Assembly: GCF_009914755.1 (NCBI RefSeq) | Contig: NC_060947.1 | Strand: one strand, 5' to 3' | From: the human T2T-CHM13v2.0 reference genome, Homo sapiens | DNA: 64,000 nt | Shown here: positions 39,057 to 57,699 of the stretch, piece after piece | Position numbering within the stretch: position 1 is the first letter of the stretch | Layout of the letters: every line of letters begins with the position of its first letter | The notes under the pieces: generated by a model | The model's input: the letters and a program-made list of their open reading frames with translations, nothing else | Told to the model about the DNA's origin: nothing | Databases searched by the model: none | Program-made: the position numbers and the translations under genes

Positions 39057-39720
39057 GTTAATTTTTTTAAAAAAAGAGCTGGGCTGTTGAGGTTAGACAG
39101 TGGTCCTAGGCAAGGCAGTGTGCATGGTGACAATCCCCTTCCTAGCTGAGAAAAGCTAAGCTGCCCAGTGCACATTAAGATTTCTCTTTCACATTTCTGG
39201 TGAGAAACTACGTTCCCAGATACACCCTAAAGTACCCTGTAGCACCCTCAGCATGCTTTGAAGGTGTGTTAACTACTTGGAAGGCCTGGAGAAATGAAAA
39301 AGACCACTTTGGTATGCAAAACCCGGTCTCTGGATATAGAAAAGATAGAGCAGAAAAGGGAGAACAAAGCCTGAGGACCTTCCTAAAGAGAACGGGTTCA
39401 GAGACTTAGCAGGCCAAACTCAGGCCACCAATGCTCAGCCATCGTGGACAGTAACTTGGAGTGATCCATCTGAAAAGTCAGCTGAGACTTTTCAGTTGAC
39501 TAACCCGAGGTGTCACAGTGTGATCTCAAGGGAGACAGGCGTGCAAGAACACAATGTAAATGAGTTGTGAGGATGCAGCGGGACCATTTATGGGGCTCTG
39601 CTACAGCTCGGGACACCCCGTGGCAATAGGAATAATTGCTTCTTCAGAGCTAGAAGTGGGTGGAGGGCAGGTTCCTAATGGGGTTATGCTCCTGTTTTCA
39701 TCGGGCTCTGGTTCTCTCAG

Positions 39721-39851
39721 GTGACGATGGTGCTTCCCAGATGGCCCTGGAGGATATAGCCATGTTCCGAACCATTCCCAAGTGCACGATCTTCTACCCA
39801 ACTGATGCCGTCTCCACGGAGCATGCTGTTGCTCTGGCAGCCAATGCCAAG
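39721..39851 (+). CDS. TKTL1: TKTL1 exon 9 (131 nt)
   Basis: ctctcag|GT GAC GAT: [43 protein letters not shown]; donor AAG|gtattt. Confidence 0.95.
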
Positions 39852-40629
39852 GTATTTTTAAGGGGACACTAGTTTCAGACAGAAAATGCTTCTGGACTCT
39901 GCTAGTTTCATACTGATGATTGGACTTTTTTTTCTCAACATAAAAGTGATATTCATTATAGAAAATTTGGTGATAGAATTCTTTACAAAAAAAACAGGAG
40001 ATTATGCACACAAACACATTTGCCTTGTAAAAGAGTCCAACAGTACAGGATACTGAACAAAACCTGACAGCCTGTCTCAGTCAGGGTTTAGCAGAAGAAA
40101 CAGGGACCATTCTGGGTGTTGTAAACAGGAGAAGGTGTTTAACAAAGGGTGCTTAAGAAGCCGCAGGAGCAAGCTTCAGGCAGAGTCCCAGACTATAGTG
40201 TTAGTCTCCAGTGGCTGCAGCCAGAGGCCAAGAAGCTCCTGCTGTGTCCTGACATCCAGGAAGCTGGAGAGCGGGTGGTAGGCTACCACTACAAACGAAC
40301 CCGGGTTCCCTGGCCCTGGCTTGCCTTTGGAACAGCTTAGGGCGCCAAGAGTGTGTGGGACCTCATGCAAGGGCATCAGATGGACAGAATCAAATTCCTG
40401 TTCAGAACCTAGCTGCACGGGAGACGAGGCAGTGTGGTCTTGATCTTTCCAGCCTTTCCCACTAACGTTCAGCAGGTTTCCCTTGCCACCCTGGACCTCG
40501 CCCATGCGCCACACAGGTAACCCCTGGCACAGTCGGGATGGGGACTGTATGTTCCCTTTCCAAGCACTCATGGGCGTTTCTTTGATTTTTTTTTTTATAA
40601 GTGGGCTCCCGCTTTACATATTATTAGGT

Positions 40630-40953
40630 ACTTTTTTGTGTGGTTTTTGTGTTTTGTTTTTTGGGTTTTTTTTCTTTGGAGACAGAGTCTCACTCTGTCG
40701 CCCAGGCTGGAGTGCAGTGGCACAATCTCGGCTCACTGCAGCCTCCGCCTCCCAGATTCTCCTGCCTCAGCCTCCTGAGTAGCTGCGACTAGAGGTGCAC
40801 TCCACCACGGCCGGCTAATTTTTGTATTTTTGGGGAGAGACAGGGTTTCGCCATGTTGGCCAGGCTAGTCGCAAAACTCCTGGCCTCAAGTGATCCACCC
40901 ACCTTGGCCTCCCAAAGTGCAGGGATTATAGGCATGAGCCACCGCACCTGGCC
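40630..40953 (-). mobile_element. Alu
   Basis: Reverse Alu consensus. Confidence 0.88.
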
Positions 40954-41852
40954 AATTGTGTACTTTTAAAATTAGTTTATCTTGGAGATTGTTCTGTGAT
41001 TTCACACGTTATAGGGTTTCATTTCTAGAAAGGTCAAGAGAGGCGCAAAACAAGATTAGGTGATAGAAATTAGAGTAGAGGTTGCTTCATAGTGGGGGGA
41101 GACTGACTGGAAGGAGGCACAAGGGAACTCTGCTGGCGGAAGCGCTGCTGGGCTTGGATGAGGGCTCCACGGCGGATGCAGCATTCAGGAAGGGCTGAAC
41201 TTAGGATGTATGCATTTCACTGCAGCTGAGTTATGCCTCGGTGAAGACACTGAATAAAGATGGATCATAGCGTATGAACGAACAGTAGCGACGTTTCTTG
41301 CTATATTCGTTTATAATGCATCCATTAATATGTATGTAAATTAACAAATACTTTAGACATACAAGTGTTCATTTATACTGGTAAATGTTTATGTGCTCAA
41401 ATTGGTCATAAAAATGTATTTACATTTTATTGGGAAAGGGGCCAGTCGTCTTGTATTCAGATAGATGTTTATGGTCTTTCTAAGGATGAAGCATTACAAG
41501 TTATTGTGGCAAAAGTTAATGTTTTAACATTCTATTCGGGCTTTCTAGTCAATGTGAGTCAGTGCTCCTGCCGTGAGTTAATGTTCTGTCTGCACAGAAC
41601 AAGTCAGTGAGTATTGGGGAATCTTCCAAGGGGATTGGTGTGATGGCATGGGGGAGCTTGTCCTTCAGGGCAGCCCCAAGGTCCTGCTGGGACCTGTCGT
41701 CCACTGGTTGTAGATGCTCACCCCTTTCTCCAAAGCCTGTGTTTTTAGTAGAAAGAGCTGTCCTCTTCACACCCCTCCTTCACTTCTTTCAACGTCTGTT
41801 GTTGGAAATTCATTGTTTGCTTTTCTAAACCATGGCTCCATTTATGCCCTAG

Positions 41853-41936
41853 GGGATGTGCTTCATTCGGACCACCCGACCAGAAACTATGGTTATTTAC
41901 ACCCCACAAGAACGCTTTGAGATCGGACAGGCCAAG
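41853..41936 (+). CDS. TKTL1: TKTL1 exon 10 (84 nt)
   Basis: ccctag|GGG ATG TGC: GMCFIRTTRPETMVIYTPQERFEIGQAK; donor AAG|gtaagg. Confidence 0.95.
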
Positions 41937-42244
41937 GTAAGGGCTTACGCGCTCCTGCGTTATTCAGTATCATCTCCTGTAAAAAGAACACTTCTGAATC
42001 TATCACCAGCTATCTTCAGAGTTGAGACATCATCCTTTCTTTGCTCTCATTTTTTTAAAAAACAGTTGTGACCTTTACCTGCTTTTCCTTGGGAAGGAAC
42101 ATTCTATGAATTTCAGCTTAGCCTGAACTTTTCTGCTTTCCAAATGGAGTCTTTTGTTGTTGTTGAGTTCAAAGATAGTAACATGAAGCCACTTGAGCGG
42201 TCGTGGCTATAATTTATCTTGGCCGCAAGCTAAACAAAACAGAA

Positions 42245-42520
42245 GCCAGCGCTTTGGGAGGCCAAGGCGGGAAGATTGCTTGAGGCCAGGAATTCCAGAG
42301 CAGCCTGGGAAACATAGCGAGATTCCCATCTTTACAAAAATTTTTTAAACTAGCCGGGTGTGGTGGCATCCACCTGTGGTCTCAGCTACTCAGGAGGCTG
42401 AGGAAGGAGGATAGAGGAGCGCAGGAATTCAAGGCAGCAGTGAGCTATGATGGATCACACCACTGTACTCCAGCCTGGGTGACAAGAGTAAGACCCTATC
42501 TCTAAAAACAAGACAAAAAA
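42245..42520 (+). mobile_element. AluJ-like element, followed by a MIR remnant (about 42600-42760)
   Basis: Alu consensus; then gtagatgaggattggag...aagtgtcttacttaagg. Confidence 0.8.
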
Positions 42521-44104
42521 TAATAGAAATCACTTGAAATGAATAATCTGTTAGGTTCAGATTTTACAGATCTAAGGCCAGGAATAAAAGGGAACATGAT
42601 CTCTGGTATTCTCACAAAAGCCCTGAGAAGTTCAGATTATCAGTCCTATCTGTAGATGAGGATTGGAGAAAGTAAGTGTCTTACTTAAGGGTTTACAGCT
42701 TGTGAGTACCAAGACCAGAATCCAGGCCTGAGTAGTGAGCCCAGTCTCCCCAGGTCTGCCCACCACGCTGACCATCCCCTGCTCAGCCTGCCTGTCAGGG
42801 CCATGCATAGAGAAAAGCAGAAACGTCTATGGAGAAAATAAGTGACTCTGCTCATCACCTAGGGAGTGGGGCTTGTAGACATTTTGGCATGCTTCCTTCC
42901 TGTCTTTGTTCTAGGCATACATGTATATTTTACACAGTTGAGATCATACTGAATAGAAAGGTTTGCCCATAGCCACTCTTGAAAGAGCAGCAGGTAACAT
43001 CCAATTTGGTTGCTAAGGACTAGGCTGCTCCAGAATTCACAGTTGCAAGTACTCAGAATGGCCAGAGTGCTGCCATAAAGCAGGTGTTTCCAGAACTGTC
43101 CACTGTGTGCCATAACGTAGCTGAAAAACGCCACCAAATGGAAAAGTTAGTGTTCACCTTTGGTGTTAACTACAGGTTCTGTTTCTATGGGGAGGGTCTC
43201 TTGACATTCACATGGTTTGCAGAGCTTGCTTATTTCTGTCGTCTCTTTTCTAATAATTTTCCTGTCCTGACAAAAGCAAGTAAATTTACTGATAGTAAAG
43301 GATGTGAGATAAATGTGTGTGATAACATGCATGGCATGGATCGTTAAAGGGCTGGGCTTTGAAAAGAGGACATGGATATGTGTGCATGCGTGTATAAGTA
43401 TTTTAAGAGGCCAGGACATCCTTAAAGAATGGGGTGGCTCAGAAACCCTTTCTGTACTATCAGCAATGGTTCTTAAGCTACAGGGAAACCTATACAGAGG
43501 GGAAGTGGAGAATAATTCCAGATGCCTCCGATGGGTAGCTTTGGAGGCAACAATCTATGAAAGAAGCCCAGGAACTCTGTCTTTGCTTGCAGAATAGTAC
43601 GTTGTCGAGAGCGAGGGCTTTGATGTCAGCCCCGCCTGGCTGTGGGTCCCAGCCCTGCCCTGGGCCACTTCCTCCTGCTCTGAGATTTGCTTTCCTCAGC
43701 TGCAGAACGGTTGTGCCACTGAACAGATCTTACAGGGAGGCTGTGAGGGTTCTCAGAGTTCAGGCACACAAGATCTTAGCACTCAGCGTGTTGCCAATGC
43801 CCAGAATGTTCTCATTAACATGTTAGTCACTGGAGTCCAATCTTTGCATGCCATAGTGAGCTCTCAAACCAGACTCCTGATGGGTATGTGGCGTATCCAT
43901 GCTCCAGGACAGCTGGAGCAGTGTAATTTCCTATCAAAAAGTATGTGTCCTGGCTTGTAAATGCATCTGATTTTTTTAGTAGTGAGTTATTAAGGAGTGA
44001 AATTGTTAGAATTGGGGGATAGCGGCATAGCAAAGTGCCTTCCACTTTGACATGCATTCTGTGTGTAGTAACCACGGCATTCTGTTTTGCTGGCACTATA
44101 CCAG

Positions 44105-44201
44105 GTCCTCCGCCACTGTGTCAGTGACAAGGTCACAGTTATTGGAGCTGGAATTACTGTGTATGAAGCCTTAGCAGCTGCTGATGAGCTTTCGAAACAA
44201 G
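44105..44201 (+). CDS. TKTL1: TKTL1 exon 11 (97 nt)
   Basis: accag|GTC CTC CGC: VLRHCVSDKVTVIGAGITVYEALAAADELSKQ; donor G|gtcagt. Confidence 0.95.
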
Positions 44202-44352
44202 GTCAGTTGGTTGAGTATGAGCATTGAAGTTCAAGCTGGGAAGAGGTAGGACTTCAGCTACCTCCTGTGCCCTGAGTGCTCTTTTTATTTTTATCCCTGC
44301 ATGTTATTCTGAGTCTCTTTCTTGTACCAAGCTGGTTTTTGCTGTTCTGCAG

Positions 44353-44472
44353 ATATTTTTATCCGTGTCATCGACCTGTTTACCATTAAACCTCTGGATG
44401 TCGCCACCATCGTCTCCAGTGCAAAAGCCACAGAGGGCCGGATCATTACAGTGGAGGATCACTACCCGCAAG
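44353..44472 (+). CDS. TKTL1: TKTL1 exon 12 (120 nt)
   Basis: ctgcag|AT ATT TTT: [41 protein letters not shown]; donor G|gtgtgt. Confidence 0.95.
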
Positions 44473-44775
44473 GTGTGTGTGGGCATTGAGAATGCTTTGG
44501 AAGGTTTTGGTGTTTTTGTTTCCTTGATTGGCCACATGGCATGCTCTCAGGCATCACCTATAGTCTACCTCTCACCCAGCATGGCTTTGTTATTTGATGT
44601 TCACTAAGCGTGGGGCCATACTCATACACATCTGTGTGTCCCCAACAGAGTGCACAGTGCCCAGTCACCAGGGCGGGTCAGTGGCAACACAGAGGAGTGG
44701 CTATTGCAGGCAAGCGAGGTGTCATGAAAAGCATCGCAGTTTCTTTGGGTTTGGAATGATGAATAGTATGCCCCA

Positions 44776-45205
<430 letters not shown>

Positions 45206-46030
45206 TTAGGTGGGACAGATGATGTGATACAAGGAGCATTGAGTGTTCATGCGGCAGGGGCCCTCTGAGCCTGCACAAGCGGTGCCTGATCTCTCGAAGG
45301 ACTCCTGGGACCCAGCACACAGTTGCTCTCACACCTGAGGTTGATGACAGGGAAAGGGTGCAGGGGGGGATCCACCAGGGCAGGAACCATGGGCCAGGTG
45401 GAGTTGAAAGAAGTCCTGCCCCAGCCTCCCCTTGGCCCCACAAGGGGCATACTGAGAAGTGCCTCCCACGCAGGCTGTGTTCCTGCCTAAGGGATGCCTG
45501 CTAGAGACTTGGCACCTCAAGTGTGTACTGGGGGCAGGTCCTGTTGGCACCCTCTGCCAGGCAGGTACCCAAATCCCTGGCTCCCAGCAGGAAAGCAGGT
45601 GCTCATGTCAACCACATTGTTCCTACAGACAGTCCAGGTGCATGACCGCCCTGTCTAGTGGGGAAAGTGTTAGAGTAGCAAGGAAACCTTCACGAGCCAA
45701 GAGCTAACCTTGCCAACCAACAGCCTCAAGCCAGCTAGTCACTTTTCTGCACTGTTAATTCATTAGTTCTAACCATTTTCAGGTCCCCAACAGCTTTGAG
45801 AATCAGAGTGCCACAGACCCCCACACTCAGGCAGCCCTTACTGTAGGTTGAGGCAGAGCAGTTTGGAAACTGGCAGTTTAGAATGAGAACTCCGCAGGCC
45901 CATCGGAGTGGCTGTTCACATGAATCAGATTTTCCCCTGGGAAGCTGCAGATTCAAAGGCCTCTATGTGGTGAGGCTTTAAGGCTGACGAGCTGCTTTCA
46001 CAAAAGGGCCTAACATCCTTGTTTCCCCAG

Positions 46031-46203
46031 GTGGCATCGGGGAAGCTGTCTGCGCAGCCGTCTCCATGGATCCTGACATTCAGGTTCATTCGCTGGCAGT
46101 GTCGGGAGTGCCCCAGAGTGGGAAGTCCGAGGAATTGCTGGATATGTATGGAATTAGTGCCAGACATATCATAGTGGCCGTGAAATGCATGTTGCTGAAC
46201 TAA
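46031..46203 (+). CDS. TKTL1: TKTL1 exon 13 coding part (173 nt including TAA)
   Basis: ccccag|GT GGC ATC: GIGEAVCAAVSMDPDIQVHSLAVSGVPQSGKSEELLDMYGISARHIIVAVKCMLLN*; exon lengths sum to 1791 nt. Confidence 0.95.
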
Positions 46204-46845
46204 AATAGCTGTTAGCTTTGGTCTTTTGGCCTCTTTACCCTGTGTTTATGTTTGTTCCAAAACCATCATTTAAATCTCTACTGTCACATTTTGTTTCTTA
46301 AAAGCAAAGCCAGCTAACACCTTCATTCATCCCTAGTTCGGAAATTCAAGCTAACTACTTACCCTTTAAACTGTCACTGCATATGCAAGTACCGCTCTAA
46401 TTTTTGGATCATTAAAGGGAGTTACACAACTTTTAAGTGAAAAAAATAGGTAACAAAACAACCACCTGATAGTAAGTTTTCTGATAAGACTATAGATAAG
46501 TGGTAGAGGTAATCAATTCTTCCGAAGTGTTTCCTTCGTGAATAACTGGTAGAGGTAATAGTTTTTTCAATGTATTTCCTTCATGAGTAAAGAAAATGTG
46601 GATTGAAGTATAGATTCCAGTAGCCTAGTTTCCACAGCACGATAACACCATGACGCCTACTGCTGTTCCCACCTTGGGATTCTGTGTGCTGCCATCCCAC
46701 CTGCAGCTGCCCTGGAATTCCCTTCGCTGTTTGCCTTCATCTCCCTCCACGTTTGAGAGGCTGTCAGGCAGCAGCGAAAGCTTGTTAGGATGTCCTGTGC
46801 TGCTTGTGATGAGAGCCTCCACACTGTACTGTTCAAGTCAATGTT

Positions 46846-46851
46846 AATAAA
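46846..46851 (+). terminator. TKTL1: TKTL1 polyadenylation signal
   Basis: AATAAA about 640 nt after the stop, followed by T/GT-rich sequence. Confidence 0.8.
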
Positions 46852-47078
46852 GCATTTCAAAACCAGCTGCTTTATTCAGCACGTGCCTTCTGTGTGAATC
46901 AGTTTCTCAGTGGTCAGTTCCTAAATAAGGAAAGAGCTTTTATCCAAACCAGAAAGAGTGAGCCATGGCCCCCACCAGTAAACCTGGGAAAGAATAATGG
47001 GCTGCAGAGGAAGCACTCGCTCGAGGACAGCACCTGGCCTGAAAAGCTGTCCCTGAGCTGACGCCTTCCTGTCAGCTA

Positions 47079-47648
<570 letters not shown>

Positions 47649-47959
47649 CATTCCTTATTTTTATTGCCCAAATTAAGTGGTCAGAGATCTTTGGAGTCAT
47701 GACCAGTGTGACTGAGGAATTGTTCTAGAATGTGCGGGATAGAGATGGAAGCACTGGCCTGGGGCTTGGAGTCCTCAGGACCTCCTCCTACTCCTGCCCT
47801 TGTAAGTCACTGAGCTGGTTTCCTGGCCTGTAAAATGAGCATGATGATGGCTCTGCTTATTTCATAAGATTTCAAAATTTATTTTGTAAAAATAGTTTCT
47901 ATAGGGTGATTGCAGAAAATTTAGAAAATGCAAAGAGGCAAAAATGTTTTACCTCACTT

Positions 47960-48300
47960 ATCTCACTACTTCGAGGTAATCACAGCTTCTCACACTCCAG
48001 ACAATTTTACTCATTTAAGGTATACAATTCAGTGGTTTTCATTCTTTTTATGGCCACATACTATTCTATTGTATGGAGATAACACATTTTATTCTTCCAT
48101 TCAGTTGATGAATGTGGATTAGTTCCACTTTTGTCTCTTGTGAATAGCGTTCTGACAATTCACATATTTTGTGAAGATGTAGGTTTCACAAAATATGTGA
48201 AAGATTTTGTGTAGATGTAGATTTTCCCTTCTTATGGACATGTATACTAGGAGTGGAATTGAATTGCTGTGTCGTAGGATAATTCTGTGTACCCTTTCAA
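47960..48300 (-). mobile_element. L1M 3' end fragment
   Basis: tatacaattcagtggtttt...ccattcagttgatg...taggagtggaattg. Confidence 0.65.
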
Positions 48301-51300
48301 GAGTGTGGTGGGGGGTGGTGTTTAAATACCGTTTTGTGAGGAGTAGATGCAGTGACACTGAAGGTGGCTGTAAAGCATTACTTTAGAGGAAGGCATTCTA
48401 ACAGACAAGCCACGCTTGCTTGTATTCAGGTGCAAAATGTCAGGTTTGGTGAGACCACAGGACACATAAGCGCACGGTGGCAACAAATGGAGCAACAGAT
48501 TCCATGATTAAAATGTGCAATTTCTAAACACAGGAAAGAGCCCCCAAAGCCTCACTTCAGTCCCCTAGAAGGTTCTAGGCAGAAACAGTAGGGCAGATCA
48601 AAGGAATGAGAGCATAGGAGCCATGATCACCCAGCGAGGGGAGTGAGCCCTGTTGCCAGCTTGGCCTGGCTGTGGCTTCTGAGTAAACACGTGTGTTTGT
48701 TAACTGTTAAGAACCTGGTAATGAATACTCCCTGGAAGATGCCATGGACCCTGGCCTCTGGCCAGTCCCCTCGCCCTTGAGTCCTCCTAACATCTTATTG
48801 CTCTGATTACTTCCCATGGAGAAGCCAGCCAGCAGGGACTCGGGAACCATGTGTCCCAAAACCTGGCTTGAATCCCCAAATCTGCTTCTTGACTGTGGGG
48901 CCTTGGGTAGCTGTAGAAGGGGATGATGGTGCTGATGACGGGGACAGCATGTATCCCACAAAGCTGTGGTCAGGATGTTAGTGCCATCTTTTCGAAACAC
49001 CCATGCAGGCCCACCCTGCATACCTGGCAGCTTCCTACTCCCCAGCACCCCCAGCACGCCCTCGGCTGGCCAGCCCCATCGGCCCCTCAGCACGATCCTT
49101 CCCCGCCTTGCTGGGATTATGTTGGGGCTGGCAGCAACCAACCCGCCTGCCCGCTTCTGGGCCAGGCAGCCCTGTGCAACCCGAGCTGCTCCCCTGTCCC
49201 CGCTGTCCCACCGCCCTCCCTGGACGCCTGCTACCCACCATCAAACACCGCCTCGTGCCGGCCCCGCGCACCCTCCCGCCCCGTCGGCCCCACGCTTCAG
49301 GCGCTACCTGGAGGGCATGGCTCCTACCCGTGGGCACTCGCCTTCACCCTTGGAGCCCGGCCTTCCCCGGGCAGCCGGGAGAGGTTCTACCACTTCACGA
49401 GGCCTCCTCGCCCTGCCAGGCCGAGGTCAGGGTTAGAGAAGCTGGGTCGTTAGATTCGGGAGAGCTGGAATGATCTGATGTGTCATTCCGTACTTGGGTG
49501 AGGAAGCCGAGCACGCAGAGTTACCGCTCAGGGCAGGACCTGGGCTGCACCTGGTATCAGGGCCCACGTGAGAGATACCCTCCCTCCCTAAGTGTGTACC
49601 TGACGCTAGTTCTGGGTCTAACGGCAACATTCTAGTTCTAGGTCTAGTTCTAGGTCTAGTTGTAGAGGGTCTCCTGGATGATACAAGTGAGTGTCCACTG
49701 GCAAGGCTCCTCCCCAGGTAAACTTGTGACAGAGTTCTCCAGCAAAGAAACACCAGTCCCCCAGACACGGGAGGTCGAGCCGCCGCCACTACCAAGGGAG
49801 GTGCAGAGGGACTGGGGGCTTCTCGAGTCTCAGCTTCAACCAAGGCCAACCAGATGGCCCCATTCCGGGTTTCAGGGTCCCATTCTTCCCACATCACTGC
49901 CCACGATTCACGTGTGAAATGTGGCGAGGCTGGAAATTCATCACTTTGGGAATCTGTAACTGGCACAATAAAATGTGTTTGATTGTCAGAACTGTCAGCC
50001 CTGCAAGTACAAGGAGTAAGGGAACTTTGAGGCCTTTCCTGGAAGCACCCTGGTTCTGTTACTGTGGCTTGAGCTGAGAGTTAGGGAGCCTGAGCCCATT
50101 GTGTCTTCATGGTACATAGTCAGGGCCACTAAGGATCATCCCATACCACAGCCCTCATAGCCATCCGTGACCACCATGACAAGTCAGGTGCAGCAAGGAC
50201 TTGAGCTCCCTGGTGCTTGTTTCAGTTGGCCCATCATCCCAAGCAACCGAAGTGACAGCTAGATTAATTGTGAAGCCACTGCAGGCCATGGATGGCTCAT
50301 GCCCCACTTCCCACTGGGAAAATGCTCAACCCTGCACTCCAGCCCAAAGGCAGGACCAGACCAATCGCCAGATTCCATGTGCATAGGCCTTTTCTTCCAG
50401 AACCTTACCCAGGGCCAGTTCTGGATTAGTCAGGAACCAGTTAGGAGACAAAAATACATACCTAGTATCTCAAGAAAGGGAAGTGAAAGCGTATTTACTT
50501 GGGGTTTGAGGGCTGAAAGTGCAAAAGGGATACTGAAGTAACAGAGTTGGTGAAGGAAGAAGCTACAACCCCCAGAGCAGGGAGGCAAAAATAAAGATGT
50601 TGGGGTGACCAGGAGTCTAGTACTGAGCCTGGGAGCATGGAAGGCCTAGGGCTCTGGACCTCGAGGAGGGGCTGCTGCAGTGCGTCACAGAAGGAGGAAG
50701 CCACATCATCTGCTAAGAACGGGGCAGGAGGAAGTGTCTTTGGCATCGTCTTCCAGGTCACTCATTCTGTGTTCAGGGGCATCAATTTGCTGTTGAGTCC
50801 ATTGGATGAGATTTTCATTGCAATGACTAGGCTTATGTACGTGCTGCTTTTCAAATCTCCCTGGATTTCTAACTCTTCTCTTTTGTATCTCTTTCTTTCT
50901 ACCCTTAGGTTGTTGTGTCAGAGAGACTATTAGAGATCTGAGAAGTCAGTAGCTTTACATCACAATAATGCAAACATCTATGAGAACTGCTCTGTGATCT
51001 GCTGAGAATTCTAAGCTGGTCAGTCTGTGCTTGCAGAGTTCAGCCGATCAGGCCCGAGAGGAGAACAGCGGTTCTCATTTTACCCTCCTCTGTTTTTCGC
51101 GTGATGACCCGAGGCCTGGGAGATACTGAGCCAGACTTGCCTCCGACTCCTTCCTTCCACATGCATCACACTCCACACACCACACACCACACACCACGGG
51201 GAATCTCCAAAGGGCAGGAGTGGGAGGGAGTGCAGCAAAGCCGAGAAAGGGCTCAGGCTCTGGAGCCCAACTTCATGAGTCACATTTCCCTCCTGTTTTT

Positions 51301-51989
51301 GTCTGAAAATGGGGGTAACACTGGCACCGACATCCTAGGGCTGCTGTGAGGAGGGGGTGGATGCTCCCAGCCATTGCTGACAATGATGTGATTGGGGATC
51401 TTTGAGGATTCCACCCCGGAACCCTGACAGGTCCAGCCTTACTCTTTGACCTGCCCACTGACTCTACTCTCCATGACGGTGGCCAGTGCTGTCATCGTGA
51501 GGCTGTGGGCCCCACTTCAGCTTTACCTCCAAAAGTCCTGTGGCAGAATCCTGGGGTGACGTGTCCCCTCTATGGAAGGTAGGTTGTCTCTGCCAGGATC
51601 CCAGCAGTATGACCGCACTAAGGAGGCAAGGTGATCTATCAGCCAGGGCTCACAGAGACCTGAGCCTTTTCCCCGTGCCTGTGGGCAGGCAGGCCGTGCT
51701 GGAGGGTGCTCAGGGCACCTGCTGGGAGGCAGGCAGATTCCTTCTCACCTGCTCACGCAGACCCAGGCTGACATGGACCTGCTATCCCTGAGCTCCCTGT
51801 GCTGAGGCAGCGCTCACCTCATCTTTCCTTTATCCCGGAAGTAACCTTGCAAAAACACTGGGTTGAGCTGAGGGGTTCCGTTCGGCACACTCACCTGAAG
51901 GCACAAGGCCTCCTGACCCAGAGGCCATCAAGACCAAGTGCAGCAAGCTGCTTCTGCACGGCCCCAGCGTCAGGTCCTGCTTAGGCCTG

Positions 51990-57680
<5,691 letters not shown>

Positions 57681-57699
57681 AATAAAGCTACACATCCAC

